A stretch of 64,000 nucleotides of DNA from Malacoraja senta. Its lineage: Eukaryota. The translations under genes and the position numbers were made by a program. This document shows positions 62,533 through 64,000 of this stretch, piece after piece (position 1 is the stretch's first letter; every line of letters starts with the position of its first letter). Location: positions 5,146,001 through 5,210,000 of the forward strand of contig CM075994.1 in assembly GCA_038087875.1 (NCBI GenBank). The letters are read 5' to 3'. The notes beneath the pieces were generated by a model. It was not told the origin of the DNA. It ran no database searches and saw nothing but the letters and a program-made list of their open reading frames with translations.

Positions 62533-63986
62533 TCTATATTACTAAAAGTAAGATCTTGACCACTTTCTGTTTTCCTGTACATGATTTTTGAAAAAACGCT
62601 GCAACTAACGGCTGTGATTTTTGGCCATCTTACTCAGAGTCCCCCTCCGCTGCGCAGGATAAGTGGATATTTGCCATCGATGAAAAATGAAATATTTATT
62701 AATGTTTAAATAATGTTGACATTCTCTCTGCTGCCCCTGCAGGTAGGAGGGGGAGGGACTATAAAACCCGGAACTGTTGCGCCTCACTCAGTCTCTGCAC
62801 GATGGAGGTTGGTGGTGCAATGACATGCTGCAATGCACATGGCTATTGGTGGTAATAACTGCTTTGAAATGCTGCACTCCAAATGGTTATTGGTGGTGGT
62901 AATTGCTTTGAAATGCGGACTGCAAATGGCTGTTGGTGTAAACTTGACAGCCTCCTGTTTGCACTATATATTGATTTTAGATTAAACACTGCCACTTACG
63001 GCTGTGATTTTTGGCCATCTTAGCCCCCTTTCGCTCATCAGGTGCACATGATTCTTCCCATCAAAGACAAATACAAGTGTTATTAATGTTTTTTAAAAAT
63101 GTTGAGAATCTCTCTACTGTCAATCACGCCATGAAGGCCACGACCATTCCGATGGGAGGGGTGGGGATTATAAAACCGGGAAGTGTGGTTGTGTCTCAGT
63201 CTCTGGAAGATGGGGGAGGGAGAGGCCACGACTCTGTCTGAGCTGTGAATCAAGTGAATGTACTGAATGTCTACTGAACTGTGAGTTTGTTGTTTATGTG
63301 GTGTTTTGTGTGGTTTTATGGTGCTTTTACGCTTCTTGAAATGTTACGAAACTGCATTTGAATGTGATGGCCTTGCACCCTGCTTGAAGTAGTAGGAAAC
63401 TGCACTTGAGTTTGGGGGCCCCGCACCCTGCTTGACGAGGTCGGAAACTGCACTTGAATTCGGTGGCCTTGCACCCTGCTTGAAGTAGGCAACTGCACTT
63501 GAATTCGGTGGCCTTGCACCCTGCTTGAAGTTGTAGGAAATGGCACCTGAATTTGGTGGCTTTGCACCTTGCTTGAAGTGGTATGAAAATGCAATTGTAT
63601 TTGGTGGCCTTGCACCTTGCTTGAAATGGTAGGAAACTGCTTTTGAATTTGGTGGCCTTGCACCCTGCTTGAAATGGAATTTCAAGGAATGTCGTGAGTC
63701 AACTGCTCACCCACCAGCCGTGAGTGAGCTGCCAGCACATCATGGTTGAGTGACTGAGCTGTCACCCCTAGAAACAACTTGACCCACAATGTCCATACTA
63801 GCCATCTGGAAACCAGTCCCTTCAGCCCACAATACCCATACTAGCGCTCCAGAAACGCCCCACCCCTCCCCAACCCTACCCACCCCACTGGCCACCAATA
63901 TTGGAATTGGTGGAGAGGTTGAATTTTGCGTTGGGGGCCCAGCCCTCCCGTGTGAACATGGGACCCAACGGGTCCCAGTTATATTG
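62533..63986 (+). mobile_element. Non-autonomous Helitron
   Basis: TCTATATTACTAAAAG start; GGGACCCaacGGGTCCC hairpin; 3' ~300 bp homologous to 58850-59116. Confidence 0.88.
63340..63685 (+). repeat. 48-bp minisatellite, about 7 copies, in the Helitron
   Basis: ggaaactgcacttgaattcggtggccttgcaccctgcttgaag unit with period 48. Confidence 0.9.
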
Positions 63987-64000
63987 TCATTAATATATAT

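Larger units (their letters stand above)
61565..64000 (-). mobile_element. CR1 3' part interrupted by a Helitron
   Basis: (ACATAGAA)n tail; RT C-terminal sequence; resumes at 63987 (tcattaatatatat). Confidence 0.88.

Noticed and set aside
63316-63685. Repetitive ORFs with a 16-aa period
   Set aside because: Translation of the 48-bp minisatellite, open in more than one frame

Overview
Eukaryotic, intron-type DNA made mostly of nested transposable elements. The repeat families (CR1 with (CTATGTTT)n tails, V-SINE-like tRNA SINEs, Penelope, DIRS, fish-type L1) suggest a cartilaginous fish such as a skate or ray; this is an inference. Clear elements: a near-intact full-length L1 with an 8-bp TSD, a second decayed L1, two full DIRS retrotransposons plus one 3' fragment, four Helitron copies (one with a decayed Rep gene split by a TIR/TSD DNA transposon), many CR1, Penelope and SINE pieces, and an invertebrate-style 2A-PHD-endonuclease LINE fragment. 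No intact host gene was found. Once TEs are subtracted, the unique DNA holds heavily decayed immunoglobulin-superfamily exons in correct order with splice signals. The main result is a head-to-head pair of apparently germline-joined (non-rearranging) T-cell-receptor-like pseudogenes, each leader-V(J)-C1-hinge-TM: one beta/gamma-like (minus, ~23.4-28.0 kb) and one alpha/delta-like (plus, ~38.7-41.0 kb). There is also a single-V CD28/CD7/CD8-like remnant (~10.1-11.1 kb). These were reconstructed by eye across stops and frameshifts and need homology confirmation. Most TE boundaries are approximate unless a TSD or terminus is quoted.
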